A stretch of 64,000 nucleotides of DNA. It comes from Methanobacteriota archaeon (GTDB lineage: Archaea; Thermoplasmatota; Poseidoniia; Poseidoniales; Poseidoniaceae). Positions 18,401 to 29,134 of this stretch are shown here, one piece after another; positions within the stretch are counted from its first letter, which is position 1, and every line of letters starts with the position of its first letter. The stretch covers positions 14,480 through 78,479 of the forward strand of contig PSPR01000001.1 in assembly GCA_004195515.1 (NCBI GenBank), written 5' to 3'. Both the position numbers and the translations under genes were made by a program. Under the pieces are notes generated by a model. The model saw nothing but the letters and a program-made list of their open reading frames with translations. It was not told where the DNA came from and did no database searches.

Positions 18401-20438
18401 TCGTGATAAATTGGGTGGTAAAATTCTTGCAAATAAGAGTATAATTCTACCTTCAGGTGACCAAAGCGGCAGCAGAATCATCGTCGATTTAACCTTGAAT
18501 TCAACTCGGGCTGGCTGGAATAACCTAATCATTAAGTGGGATGCAAGTAATCTTACAAAGCCAGAACGAGTAACAAATAATAATAATTTTGAAATGATGG
18601 AATGGATAAATTCTCCGCCATTTATCAGTGATATTTCATGTGATTCAACCTATTATAGTCGCGGTGACAGATTCGTTTGCAATGTACAAGCAAGTGATGA
18701 TAGCGCCATCACATCACTCGATTTAGCTTGGAGAATAAGTGCAGGAAACATCAGTACTAACTGGACTTGGATAAATACCGGTAGCCAAAACGGAATAGAT
18801 TGGTGGACCACAATCGAATTACCATCCGATTCAATGCTTGGAAATTTAGATATCATGGCGGTAGCATATGATTATAGTAATTTGAGCAATCGATCCGAAA
18901 AATTAGCGATTGCCCTTGTAGCCGATGCACCGGCGATGTGGTTTGGTATCCACATTCAAGGAGTTGATAATCCCGGTTGGACCGGAGCGACCATATTAAC
19001 TTCAAATCCGGGTGGTGGGGTGAAACGAGGATATGTTACAACTCTCAAAGCCTGTGTTTTAGATATTGATTTTTCAAAATTTGAAGAGGCACCAATATTT
19101 ATCGCAAGTAGAGGTAATGTCGATGGCTTAACCTACAAACAAGGAACCGGACCTGGGCACCATTGCTTTATTGCCAGTTACACGATTCCAGTAAATACCT
19201 CTCTCGAGCGTTTTAGTTTGGAATTAAGGGATTCAAGTGGAACTTTCCTCACAAAGAGGACCATAGGAATCGCCGACGTATTGCCCGAAATAGCTCTAGC
19301 TTTAGTGGATGATGAAGCCGCTCAAATCCAGACCGTGAGCGGCGGTGGAAATGAAAACATTTTGATTTCGATCACCGATTCGGATGATACGGTCTCTTCG
19401 GTTCAAGGGGATATTTACCTTACTTGGCCGGGACAGCAAATAATTTCTATTCCTCTTGAATTTGAAAATGGTTTAACGACGGTGCCATTATTCACTTCTG
19501 AGCCTTTGGAATCGGGCGAATTAAAAATAGAGATAGAGATTATAGGCGCAAATGGCGCTCGTAATTCCACATTGTTGAATGTCTCATTAATTCTGACTCC
19601 ACCGAGTATTGGTCAAATCTTATTCTGCGATGAAAGTGGACCAATCGACCAATTAATGTTCGGTCAAAATGCAACCGCATCGATCATTTTAGATTCTATA
19701 AGGCCAATCGAATATATTTTCACAAATATAATTCAACAAGGTTGGAGTGTTTCAGCCCCAGAAACCACTACTTCCACTTGCTCACCAAGTAATGATTCCT
19801 TTGATTTCAGAATACAATTGGATTCATCTTTCATAGCGGGTAACGGCTCAATTAGTGTTAGAGTTGTAGATGTCGATGGATTATCGAATACCAAAAGTCT
19901 TGGATTCGAATTCCTCCATTCACCACCCGAGATCAATGTCACTATTCCGATTGAAATTACCGCCGGCGAAAACCTTGAAATCTTTGTTCAGATGTCCGAT
20001 GCGGACGGAATAGATGCTTCGTGTAATATGGCTGTGGTTTACCAAGGAGAAACTCTTACCATAAGATCGAGCCGTGTTACAGCATTCGGTAATGAAGGCA
20101 GATGGTCTTCCTCTTGGCTTTTAACAGATGATTTAGTCGAGAATATAACCATTGAAATTGGATGTACCGATATTAGTAATAATGTAGTATACTCTAATCA
20201 AACAGTTTCAATAATTCCGATTCCCGATTGTTTAGATTGTGAAAGTGAAGAACCTGTGCTCGAAGAATCGAATTCAATCGGCCAAGATGCAGCGATCGTG
20301 GCGGCATTGAGCCTACTCGGAATCATCGCAGTTACTGCCTTAATCGTCCGCGCACGCGTGCGTGCCCGCGAGGAGGATGAGCCTCAACCGGTTTGGATTC
20401 AACAAGAGGATGACCAACAGAGCCTTCATGACCTTTGA
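15465..20438 (+). CDS. giant cell-surface protein (~1657 aa) with PA14 and LamG-like domains, C-terminal TM anchor
   Basis: A PA14-like segment lies at ~16545-16955 (FAEFFDNEG...GNWTLYLNSDDGSELWIDD...GYHDFRIEFFQGGGPHGLLLSWQGP). A LamG/concanavalin-like segment lies at ~17020-17590 (WDFEEG...LWYDGADDYAKV...FEGMIDNLMIWDTALS). There is an internal CARDB-like module and many N-x-S/T sequons. The C-terminal TM is AAIVAALSLLGIIAVTALIV, followed by RARVRAREEDE. The ATG at 15465 lies inside the track's GTG start. Confidence 0.85.
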   Translation: MAILFMLGSINIPVSDEVEFPFDYEKIGLSGQFDIWNETPFIDIAVPDGFDMDSITDYSDVGVLINNQSEASRTIGWAFVNARNISSDRIFIFDNESTPVSETINRAQFNASFRHPLETMLAEYNGSNDINYLVTTKGVPLRVSGGNDRASFDQEISLVGGIYSGSIGNNYWVNHGYGPLAGKKMESFTREEYGFFLVTRLTGYTIDTALELIERANNSFGARGTHVLDLATNRNNSGYKFWNDNLYTANTTLNGTLGLPVLFDEETEFLTNISNVITYASWGSNDGNWNRNFLANAGFDTTDSSWSSGSKYWDAFSPTVSPGDEFNWSYQTGIKQGGNGAMEARVSSECSQESADMSPGIFAEFFDNEGISFNTASMPDLIDRIPDHVRIESDLAYSSSGNPYPGLDDRFKHNWGARFSGLIDVPESGNWTLYLNSDDGSELWIDDVSAVQNYGSHGMTEHSTTLSLTAGYHDFRIEFFQGGGPHGLLLSWQGPNVTKTNIPASAFVVSGDYIPQQDSLIHNWDFEEGVGNQSNDSITNGSNFTLYGMDSSNWRNCIDGNCLWYDGADDYAKVNVDDWLGNFSVSQWVWANITNQTNNAATFAIDDNAGSNYSFQHMVANSKWNLHNNQSKEFGDVEPQRWVHLVTVFDSGNTRQYLDGVLVNSNTYPNGSINNFDLYKLGVNRAGTSYFEGMIDNLMIWDTALSNGSITTLSRDIINNCSAYSGNGQGVAYLETTYAVPTNFTNHAWLIYGYGERTGDVYGEYNIEVASLDSNGTVLFTNTSSSQSFTTTWNSRTLRFRPHPDSTSLRIRVSLDIVPTSTDGSLFIDSTSLRIIRPHMGWVDGSIAETAVSTGGRSFNWGTGYGQSLVADILEDGASGVKGYVYEPYLSAVTYPSVLLGAYASGYNMAESYYAGNLLTGWMGVVVGDPKMAAFGDIVHDVEIIDARLIGNASVDQDFIIEIALQNIAPGDAEGWLTIRDKLGGKILANKSIILPSGDQSGSRIIVDLTLNSTRAGWNNLIIKWDASNLTKPERVTNNNNFEMMEWINSPPFISDISCDSTYYSRGDRFVCNVQASDDSAITSLDLAWRISAGNISTNWTWINTGSQNGIDWWTTIELPSDSMLGNLDIMAVAYDYSNLSNRSEKLAIALVADAPAMWFGIHIQGVDNPGWTGATILTSNPGGGVKRGYVTTLKACVLDIDFSKFEEAPIFIASRGNVDGLTYKQGTGPGHHCFIASYTIPVNTSLERFSLELRDSSGTFLTKRTIGIADVLPEIALALVDDEAAQIQTVSGGGNENILISITDSDDTVSSVQGDIYLTWPGQQIISIPLEFENGLTTVPLFTSEPLESGELKIEIEIIGANGARNSTLLNVSLILTPPSIGQILFCDESGPIDQLMFGQNATASIILDSIRPIEYIFTNIIQQGWSVSAPETTTSTCSPSNDSFDFRIQLDSSFIAGNGSISVRVVDVDGLSNTKSLGFEFLHSPPEINVTIPIEITAGENLEIFVQMSDADGIDASCNMAVVYQGETLTIRSSRVTAFGNEGRWSSSWLLTDDLVENITIEIGCTDISNNVVYSNQTVSIIPIPDCLDCESEEPVLEESNSIGQDAAIVAALSLLGIIAVTALIVRARVRAREEDEPQPVWIQQEDDQQSLHDL

Positions 20439-20454
20439 CGGATTGGCCAATTTC

Positions 20455-20688
20455 ATGGCAGTCGGATATGTATTGATCAACGTCACACCTGGGCAAGAGT
20501 ACCAAGCTTATCAGGAAATAAAAACCCTCCCGAATATTGTTGATACCACTCTATTGTTCGGTGATTACGATATCATTGTAAAATTAGAGGCGTCTAGTCT
20601 AGGAATCATTGCAAAAACCGTTGTTGAAACAATTCGTCAAGTAGAGGGTGTAACCGACACAAAAACTCTTGCTGGTGCGGAACTTTGA
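20455..20688 (+). CDS. stand-alone Lrp/AsnC ligand-binding (RAM) domain protein
   Basis: The 77-aa product MAVGYVLINVTPGQEYQAYQEIKTLPNIVDTTLLFGDYDIIVKLEA...VEGVTDTKTL shows the typical AsnC_trans_reg fold pattern without an HTH. Upstream of 20455 the track ORF overlaps the end of the giant gene. Confidence 0.7.
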   Translation: MAVGYVLINVTPGQEYQAYQEIKTLPNIVDTTLLFGDYDIIVKLEASSLGIIAKTVVETIRQVEGVTDTKTLAGAEL

Positions 20689-20701
20689 TTCTATTTCTAA
20701 A

Positions 20702-20767
20702 CGCTATACTGCTCAAAAGTAGTGCTCGAAACGATGTACTGCGGTCATTATTTGGCGCAGTATAGCG
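20702..20767. repeat. perfect 11-bp inverted repeat (CGCTATACTGC / GCAGTATAGCG) with a 44-nt spacer
   Basis: Read directly at 20702-20712 and 20757-20767. A third TACTGC half-site lies at ~20737-20742. The repeat sits between the RAM-domain gene and the MC1 gene. Confidence 0.6.
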
Positions 20768-20826
20768 GTTTGTAGGCGAAAACCTTATTACCTTTAGTTG
20801 GCCGTCAGCAGTTTGAGGTATAACCA

Positions 20827-21090
20827 ATGGGTGAAAAAAAGTACTTCGTCCTCATGGAGGGCGGTGATGATACCAGCCAGGTCTTTGCAAGTAGACAACC
20901 ACGCGGCGCAGCTCTGAAAGCTGCAACTCGCGGACACACGAACATCCGCCTACGTGAACGCGGAACTAAGCGCGTACACGTATTTAGCGGGTGGGTGGAC
21001 ACTGTCCCAAAACCAGCAAATGGCCCTGCATGGCTTCCTGATAAGATCAAGAAGGCTAATGTGAAGAAGGTCGGCATCGAGCATCTCTGA
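20827..21090 (+). CDS. archaeal chromosomal (chromatin) protein MC1
   Basis: RQPRGAALKAATRG..IRLRERGTKRVHVFSGW...PAWLPDKIKKANVKKVGIEHL closely parallels the Methanosarcina MC1 sequence as I recall it (KQPRQAALKAANRG..IRLRERGTKKVHVFKAW..PAWMPEKISKPFVKK). Confidence 0.9.
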   Translation: MGEKKYFVLMEGGDDTSQVFASRQPRGAALKAATRGHTNIRLRERGTKRVHVFSGWVDTVPKPANGPAWLPDKIKKANVKKVGIEHL

Positions 21091-21138
21091 AATAAGAAAC
21101 TCGACCGAATAGTCTTCTTACCCTACAACAGGGTCGCC

Positions 21139-21175
21139 GCCCCTTTTGACTCCTCGGAGTCAGGAGGGGCTTTTT
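21139..21175 (+). terminator. hairpin plus T5 tract downstream of the MC1 gene
   Basis: GCCCCTTTTGACTC(CTCG)GAGTCAGGAGGGGC forms a ~14-bp stem (two G-U pairs) and is followed immediately by TTTTT. It lies ~48 nt after the MC1 stop codon. Confidence 0.55.
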
Positions 21176-21309
21176 ACGTTCTTCAATCAATAACTTATTC
21201 ATCGTAATTAGCTATTGACATTATTAAAATCCAAAATCTCCCAATAGGGCATTAAAAATCGAAAGCAATGCTTGACATTAATGTTAGTGGTGTTCGAACC
21301 TATTTTGGC

Positions 21310-22045
21310 TCAGTATCTAACCTTGTCACCGGTCAACACTCTCCAAATTCTTTTGAGAGGATCATAATAACGGTCAACAACTCTTTCCTTTAGAGGAATG
21401 ATAGCATTGTCGGTAATGTTGATTCCCGCTGGACAAACATCAGTACAACATTTTGTAATGTTGCAATAAGCAATACCAAATTCGCCCTTGATTTCCGGAA
21501 CACGGTCTTCTTGGTCCATTGGGTGCATTTCAAAGTTTGCAAGGCGGACCATTGTTCTTGGTCCTCCATTCTCTAAGTACATGACATGTGTCTTGGCAGA
21601 TATAACATTCAATACAAGTTCTAAATTCTTGAGCACGCTTTGCTTCAAATTGACTGAATTCCCAATCAGGTTCATCCGGCCCCTTGATGGGTGAAACCGC
21701 TTTAGCCATTTCATAATTCCAAGAAACATCGGTGACAAGATCCCTAATGTGCGGGAAGGTTTTCAATGGCCGTACTGTAATGACTTCATTTTCTGGAGTT
21801 TCTTCAATGATGTCGCTCATTCTAGTCATGCACATCAAACTTGGTTTGCCATTGATTTCAGCACTACATGAACCACATTTACCGGCTTTACAATTCCAGC
21901 GGCATGAAAGGTCAGGCTCTTGCTCATGCTGAATACGGTGAATACAATCGAGAAGAACCATGCCTTCATCCAATTCAACATCATATTCTATTAGTTCACC
22001 CTCGCCTTCTTCCCCTCTGAAAACTTTCATCTTAATGTCAGTCAT
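21310..22045 (-). pseudogene. sdhB: succinate dehydrogenase/fumarate reductase iron-sulfur subunit, frame-disrupted
   Basis: The N-terminal fragment (21530..22045) carries the 2Fe-2S motif CRWNCKAGKCGSCSAEINGKPSLMC and CIECYICQDTCHVLRE. The C-terminal part is in another frame (21310..~21570): GGPRTMVRLANFEMHP...YCNITKCCTDVCPAGINITDNAIIPLKERV. The frames switch at ~21565-21572. Confidence 0.8.
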
Positions 22046-22047
22046 TT

Positions 22048-23827
<1,780 letters not shown>

Positions 23828-24682
23828 TCAAAGTCCCCCGAATAGTACGACATCTGTCCACCAACCTTCTGTGCAAGCATAGACATAGAAATCTGAGAAC
23901 ATCACCCAAAATAAGGAATAAATAGCCCACTTGTTATGGTTCTTGTTGAGTTTGGTACAACTCTTCCAACAAGCTTCAGCAACTCGACCGCCTCCATTGG
24001 CGAAACGGTTTCTAATTCCTCCGATTGCGTGCCGGAATGAATGGCAGCCAAGTGTATATCCACCAAGCAATATCACGTTTAGAAGGAGAACAAGAGTTCC
24101 TACAGAGACGCCGAATGAATCGACTCCTTTTGCACTAAATTGGGTTGCTAGCAATACGTCGTATGATAAAACGAAAAGATATGCTACTGCAAGATACATG
24201 AAATAACGATGAATATTCTGGAATAAAAATACTCTACTCTCTCCTTTATAATCGCCAAATGGTGTACTTACCGCACATGCTGCAGGGCTTGCCATAAATG
24301 AACGATAGTATGCCTTGCGGTAATAATAGCAAGTGCCACGGAAACCAGCTGGAATAATTAAAATGAACATTGCCGGACTCAACCACCAAAGGCTTTCAGG
24401 AACCCAAGATCCAAGGCCATCTTCACCAGGAATAATCAGTGGGGAAAACAATGGCGAAAGAACATGACTATCATTGGATTCAATAGCCATTGTTTGATTT
24501 CCAGCAGACCTTCCGAACTCTTCAAAAATCCAAAAGTCCGCCTCCATGAATCCGCGCCATGTAGCATATATCACAGCAATTCCGAGATAGACAGCCATTG
24601 CTAGTGGAGACCTCCACCAATTGTCAATACGATCTGTTTTTCCAAATCCTCTATCCATTTGCAGATGTCTTGACTCGACCAC
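23828..24682 (-). CDS. sdhC: succinate dehydrogenase membrane-anchor subunit (single polytopic protein)
   Basis: 284-aa multi-TM ORF whose stop codon abuts the sdhA ATG. His-containing motifs (GCHSFRH, HRYFMY) sit in TM segments. The assignment rests mainly on operon position. GTG start; an alternative ATG lies at 24658. Confidence 0.6.
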   Translation of the reverse strand: MVESRHLQMDRGFGKTDRIDNWWRSPLAMAVYLGIAVIYATWRGFMEADFWIFEEFGRSAGNQTMAIESNDSHVLSPLFSPLIIPGEDGLGSWVPESLWWLSPAMFILIIPAGFRGTCYYYRKAYYRSFMASPAACAVSTPFGDYKGESRVFLFQNIHRYFMYLAVAYLFVLSYDVLLATQFSAKGVDSFGVSVGTLVLLLNVILLGGYTLGCHSFRHAIGGIRNRFANGGGRVAEACWKSCTKLNKNHNKWAIYSLFWVMFSDFYVYACTEGWWTDVVLFGGL

Positions 24683-24884
24683 AACAATGCCCCTATATCG
24701 TGGGCTAGGGCCTTAGGCTTTTGATAATATGCTTCACTTTTTCACAACCGAAAGTGGGCAATTGAGGCCGGATTAGACTATTTGGGGAAATTCTAAGACC
24801 AAACCAAGGCCTTCAATACGAAAACGCTCCATAAAACCACAATACACAGCCCTGATAAAACGTAGACTCGACCTTGACCAACTC

Positions 24885-26513
24885 TTAAGCAAGGGTGGAA
24901 TAATCGACTTTAGCCTCGACCATTTCGATCTCTTCAACGTCCATCTGGGCCAATTGTAATTTGCCAGATAATTCGTCGTTTACCGCGTGCCAATATGAAT
25001 AGGATTCGATGACCCAAATTCCGGATTCTCTAGAACCGTTTCCACTACCCTTTACACCGCCGAACGGCAGGTGAGCCTCTGCTCCAGTAGTCGAGTTATT
25101 GATACCGGTCATCCCTGCTTTGATACCGGTCTTGAAGCGGTATGCTTCTAATCTGTCATTGGTGTAAATAGAACTAGAAAGCCCGTACGGTGAAGCGTTT
25201 GCAAGGTGAAGAGCATGCTTGAAATCCTTTGCTTTTACCACGGTGATCGCCGGTCCGAAAACCTCTTCGTGGAAGCAAGCCATATCCTCGGTAACGTCAG
25301 CGTAAACGTGAGGCCACATGAATACACCATCCTCTGGTGTTCCAATGAAATTATCCGGAGTATTTCCGGTTTCGATTCTTCCATTACCCCAAAGTTTGGT
25401 CGCACCTGAGCCCTCGACCATCTCGAGTGCTTGAAGAAAATCGTTTGCGTATTTTTCCGATAGCATCGGCCCGTAGAGAATATTATTGTTTCGAGAGGAA
25501 TCTCCAATGCGGGTATCCTTTACTTTTGCCATGAGTTTTTCCATGAATTCATCGTAAATGTCCTGGTGTAAAATGAGGTTTCCAAGGCTGGTACAGCGTT
25601 GTCCAGCAGTTCCGAAACCGCCCCAATAAGCGCCTTCGACCGCATTGTCGATATCGGCGCTATCCATAACTACCTGTGGGTTCTTTCCACCGAGTTCTAG
25701 ACTGCAAGATACCAAGTTTCGTCCACAGACTTCGCCGATCATTTTGCCGACTGCGGTGCTGCCGGTAAAGGAGATCTTGTCGATGAGACCTTCGTCGACT
25801 GCATCGACGATATATTGGCCAGCTCCGCTACCTTTACCATGAACCAAGTTGACCACTCCATCAGGAAGTCCAGCTTGGTGCATGATTCTGGCTAGAGCCA
25901 AAGATAGGAGAGGTGCGTCTTGTGGAGATTTCCACACACAAGTATTTCCACAGATAAGTGCAGGGATCATCTTCCAGAAAGGAACCGCAGCCGGGAAGTT
26001 GCAAGCATTGATGATTCCACAAACCCCTAAGGATCGGCGGTAAGTCATCAATTCCTTGTCCGCAAGTTCGGAGTGGACGGTTTGCCCGTAAAGGCGGCGG
26101 CCTTCGGATTGGAAGAATAAACAGGTATCGATCGCTTCTTGAACCGAGCCTCCAGATTCCTTGATTGTCTTGCCGATTTCCCGGGTTTCTAGGGCGACGA
26201 TCGCATCTTTGTGTTCCATTAATAGTCGGCCCATGTTGCCTATGATTTGACCTCTGGTCGGTGCAGGTGTAGCAGCCCAAGCAGGATGTGCTCTTCGAGC
26301 AGCTTCGATAGCCGCGTGAACGTCAGCGCGAGTAGAGAGTGGAAATTCTCCTAAGACATCGTTCAATAATGCTGGGTTTTGGCTGCTAAATGTAGCCCCG
26401 TCACTCGATAAAGTAAGTTGCCCATCGATAATATTGTAGCCTCGAACCTTTGGTAAATCGTCAGGATTGGTATTGTCCATGAACTCTAGGGCGGTCTCTA
26501 ATACATGTGCCAT
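24885..26513 (-). CDS. aldehyde dehydrogenase family protein
   Basis: Motifs FTGST, ELGGKNP and the catalytic Cys GQRCTS. I chose the start at the ATG at 26513 (MAHVLETALEF...) because the longer track ORF overlaps the divergent cdc48 gene. Confidence 0.85.
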   Translation of the reverse strand: MAHVLETALEFMDNTNPDDLPKVRGYNIIDGQLTLSSDGATFSSQNPALLNDVLGEFPLSTRADVHAAIEAARRAHPAWAATPAPTRGQIIGNMGRLLMEHKDAIVALETREIGKTIKESGGSVQEAIDTCLFFQSEGRRLYGQTVHSELADKELMTYRRSLGVCGIINACNFPAAVPFWKMIPALICGNTCVWKSPQDAPLLSLALARIMHQAGLPDGVVNLVHGKGSGAGQYIVDAVDEGLIDKISFTGSTAVGKMIGEVCGRNLVSCSLELGGKNPQVVMDSADIDNAVEGAYWGGFGTAGQRCTSLGNLILHQDIYDEFMEKLMAKVKDTRIGDSSRNNNILYGPMLSEKYANDFLQALEMVEGSGATKLWGNGRIETGNTPDNFIGTPEDGVFMWPHVYADVTEDMACFHEEVFGPAITVVKAKDFKHALHLANASPYGLSSSIYTNDRLEAYRFKTGIKAGMTGINNSTTGAEAHLPFGGVKGSGNGSRESGIWVIESYSYWHAVNDELSGKLQLAQMDVEEIEMVEAKVDYSTLA

Positions 26514-26616
26514 GGTTTGCCGGGATGCATTCCAAACATCAATGCATCGCTTGTGGCAGGATGCATTGACTTTTAGAGGGGGGGCGTAAAGGGAAGTTTG
26601 TTCCGAGGCTTGTTCT

Positions 26617-28848
26617 ATGTCCGATAATGATTCAGCAGCAACTTCTCTTAGGGTTGCTAAAGCTATTCCCAGCGATGTAGGGCACGGCCGTGCCCGAATT
26701 AGTGGTGAGAATGATCTCGACCTGAAGCCGGGTGATATCATCGAAATAAAAGGTGACAAAAAGACCACCGCTGCAATCTATTGGCGCAGTCGACCAGAAG
26801 ATACCAAGATGGATATAATCAGGGTTGATGGAATCATCAGAAAAAATGCCGGGGTTAGCCTTGGCGATCGAGTGACCGTTTCAAAAGTAGATGCGAAAAT
26901 ATGTACCAAATTGATTTTATCACCTGTGATGGCAAATAAGCAGAAAGTAAAATTCGGACCTGGGATCGAGGGATTTGCTCGGCGTGGCCTCAACAAGAGG
27001 CCGGTTGTAGCAGGCGATAGAATATTTATTCCCGGAATGACACTTTTCGCTGAAGCTCTGCCGTTTGCGGTTTTACAAACGACACCAAAAGGAATCGTTC
27101 AGGTAAATAGCGATACTGATATCGTCATCAAAGATGAAGCCATCGATGACGAGGATGTTGGCCAATCTCAAGGTATTACCTACGAAGATATCGGCGGTAT
27201 TGGAAGTCAGTTGCTCAAGGTTAGAGAAATGATTGAATTACCTCTTAAACATCCTGAATTATTCAGGCGTTTAGGAATAGATCCACCTAGAGGAGTTTTG
27301 CTTCACGGCCCACCAGGTACTGGAAAAACCATGATTGCAAAGGCGGTAGCAACCGAAACCAATGCCCATTTTACCTGTATTAATGGTCCGGAGGTAATTT
27401 CGAAATATTATGGTGAATCGGAAAAACAATTGCGTGAGATTTTCGATGAAGCAGCCAATAATGCACCGGCGATAATTTTCATCGATGAGATCGATTCTAT
27501 TTGTCCAAAACGTGAAGACGTCAGTGGCGAGGTCGAGCGAAGGGTCGTCGCCCAGATGCTCACCTTGATGGATGGAATGCAGGCTAGAGACAATGTTATC
27601 GTAATCGGTGCGACAAATCGTCGAGATGCAATAGATCCTGCTTTACGCCGGCCGGGGAGATTCGACCGAGAGATAGAAATCGGCGTGCCGGACCGAGAAG
27701 GCCGCAAAGAAATTCTAGATGTCCACACTAGGCAGATGCCGATCTCAGATGATTTTGATGTCGACTGGATCTTAGATAATTCCTATGGATTCGTCGGCGC
27801 AGACTTGGCCGCTTTGGTCAGGGAGAGCGCTATGAAAGCATTGAGGCGTTATCTGCCCGAAATCGACCTCGACGAAGATGTGATACCTCCGGAAGTTCTA
27901 GAAAAAATGGAAGTTACAATGGGTGATTTCAAACTTGCGATAAAAGAGATTGAGCCTAGTGCACTTCGAGAGATTTATGTTGAGATCCCAGATGTTTCTT
28001 GGGACGACGTCGGCGGTCTCACCGAAATCAAAGAACGGCTCAAAGAGAGTGTTGAATGGCCACTTACCAAGCCGGAATTATTCGAACACTTTGGAATTAA
28101 GCCGCCCCGAGGCATCGTTCTATTTGGCGCACCGGGTACTGGTAAAACCATGTTGGCGAAGGCGATTGCTCATGAAGCAAAAGCAAATTTCATTTCAATA
28201 AAGGGGCCGGAATTAATTTCTAAATGGGTCGGAGAATCCGAGAAAGCAATCCGTGAAATTTTCAAAAAAGCCAAACAAGCTAGCCCTTCGATAATATTCC
28301 TCGACGAATTCGAATCGATTGCAGGCATGCGCTCATCCGGCTCTTCCAATGGCGGTTCAGATGTTTCTAATCGAGTTGTCAACCAATTATTAGCAAGCAT
28401 GGATGGAGTTGAATCTCTTGATGGAGTGATAGTTGTTTCTGCAACCAATCGGCCGGAAATGATCGACCCTGCACTTTTGCGTAGCGGTAGATTTGAGCGA
28501 GTTCTACACGTGCCCCCACCAGACAAGGAAGCGAGGGATGCAATTCTAAAAATTCATACTGCGAACATGCCGCTGTCGAAATTTTCCCTCAAAGACATTT
28601 TAGGAAATATGGATGGCTTCACCGGTGCGGATATTGAAGCGGTTTGTCGAGAGGCAGCTTTAATCGCAATGCGTGCCAACAAAAAGAAGGTGAACAAAGG
28701 CCATTTCGAAGAAGGGATAGCTCGAGTTAGGCCAACGGTAACTCCTGAAATGCTCGAGTACTATTCTAAGATGGAAGAGAAATTAACCTCTGGTCTTTCT
28801 GGAATCAAGCGAAGCAAGGATTCTATATACGGTATGGAGTCGATGTGA
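26617..28848 (+). CDS. cdc48: CDC48/VAT-type AAA+ ATPase (two AAA domains)
   Basis: The N-domain ([18 protein letters not shown]...) is followed by D1 ([16 protein letters not shown]) and D2 ([16 protein letters not shown]). Confidence 0.92.
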   Translation: MSDNDSAATSLRVAKAIPSDVGHGRARISGENDLDLKPGDIIEIKGDKKTTAAIYWRSRPEDTKMDIIRVDGIIRKNAGVSLGDRVTVSKVDAKICTKLILSPVMANKQKVKFGPGIEGFARRGLNKRPVVAGDRIFIPGMTLFAEALPFAVLQTTPKGIVQVNSDTDIVIKDEAIDDEDVGQSQGITYEDIGGIGSQLLKVREMIELPLKHPELFRRLGIDPPRGVLLHGPPGTGKTMIAKAVATETNAHFTCINGPEVISKYYGESEKQLREIFDEAANNAPAIIFIDEIDSICPKREDVSGEVERRVVAQMLTLMDGMQARDNVIVIGATNRRDAIDPALRRPGRFDREIEIGVPDREGRKEILDVHTRQMPISDDFDVDWILDNSYGFVGADLAALVRESAMKALRRYLPEIDLDEDVIPPEVLEKMEVTMGDFKLAIKEIEPSALREIYVEIPDVSWDDVGGLTEIKERLKESVEWPLTKPELFEHFGIKPPRGIVLFGAPGTGKTMLAKAIAHEAKANFISIKGPELISKWVGESEKAIREIFKKAKQASPSIIFLDEFESIAGMRSSGSSNGGSDVSNRVVNQLLASMDGVESLDGVIVVSATNRPEMIDPALLRSGRFERVLHVPPPDKEARDAILKIHTANMPLSKFSLKDILGNMDGFTGADIEAVCREAALIAMRANKKKVNKGHFEEGIARVRPTVTPEMLEYYSKMEEKLTSGLSGIKRSKDSIYGMESM

Positions 28849-28849
28849 G

Positions 28850-29089
28850 ATGGCAAGTTTCAGCGGTGAGTTTCTCAATATGCCCATCGTTGATTTGAAT
28901 GGAGACCTCCTTGGTCACCTCAAGGATATGGTTATAGATTCTAGATCTGGCCAGTTGGTTGAATTTTTGGTAAAAGTTTCTGCAGATTTGGATGCATCGA
29001 AATTACCTTGGCCTACAAACGATGGACTGTGCCATATCCCGGCCGAAGAAATTGGTAAAATTTCAGGTAGAATCCATCTTAAACGCTGA
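28850..29089 (+). CDS. PRC-barrel domain protein
   Basis: 79 aa. MPIVDLNGDLLGHLKDMVIDSRSGQLVEFLV is a typical PRC-barrel pattern. The ATG begins 1 nt after the cdc48 stop codon. Confidence 0.65.
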   Translation: MASFSGEFLNMPIVDLNGDLLGHLKDMVIDSRSGQLVEFLVKVSADLDASKLPWPTNDGLCHIPAEEIGKISGRIHLKR

Positions 29090-29134
29090 GCAGATTTTCA
29101 TCACCTACTCACAACCTTCTAAACCTAAGAGTTA

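Noticed and set aside
21289-21300. GGTGTTCGAACC looks like a tRNA T-arm (GTTCGAA).
   Set aside because: I could not build acceptor, D or anticodon stems from the flanking sequence, and there is no matching 3' acceptor strand. It is probably coincidental.
21530-21738. Programmed ribosomal frameshifting as an explanation for the split sdhB, and likewise for sdhA.
   Set aside because: There is no slippery heptamer or homopolymer at the junctions, and conserved residues are physically missing. Simple recoding therefore would not restore a full-length functional protein.
26617-28848. Whether the AAA+ gene upstream of the DUF4350/DUF58 genes is the expected MoxR.
   Set aside because: It has an N-domain plus two AAA modules (743 aa), which is typical of CDC48/VAT. 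MoxR is a single-AAA protein of ~300-350 aa.
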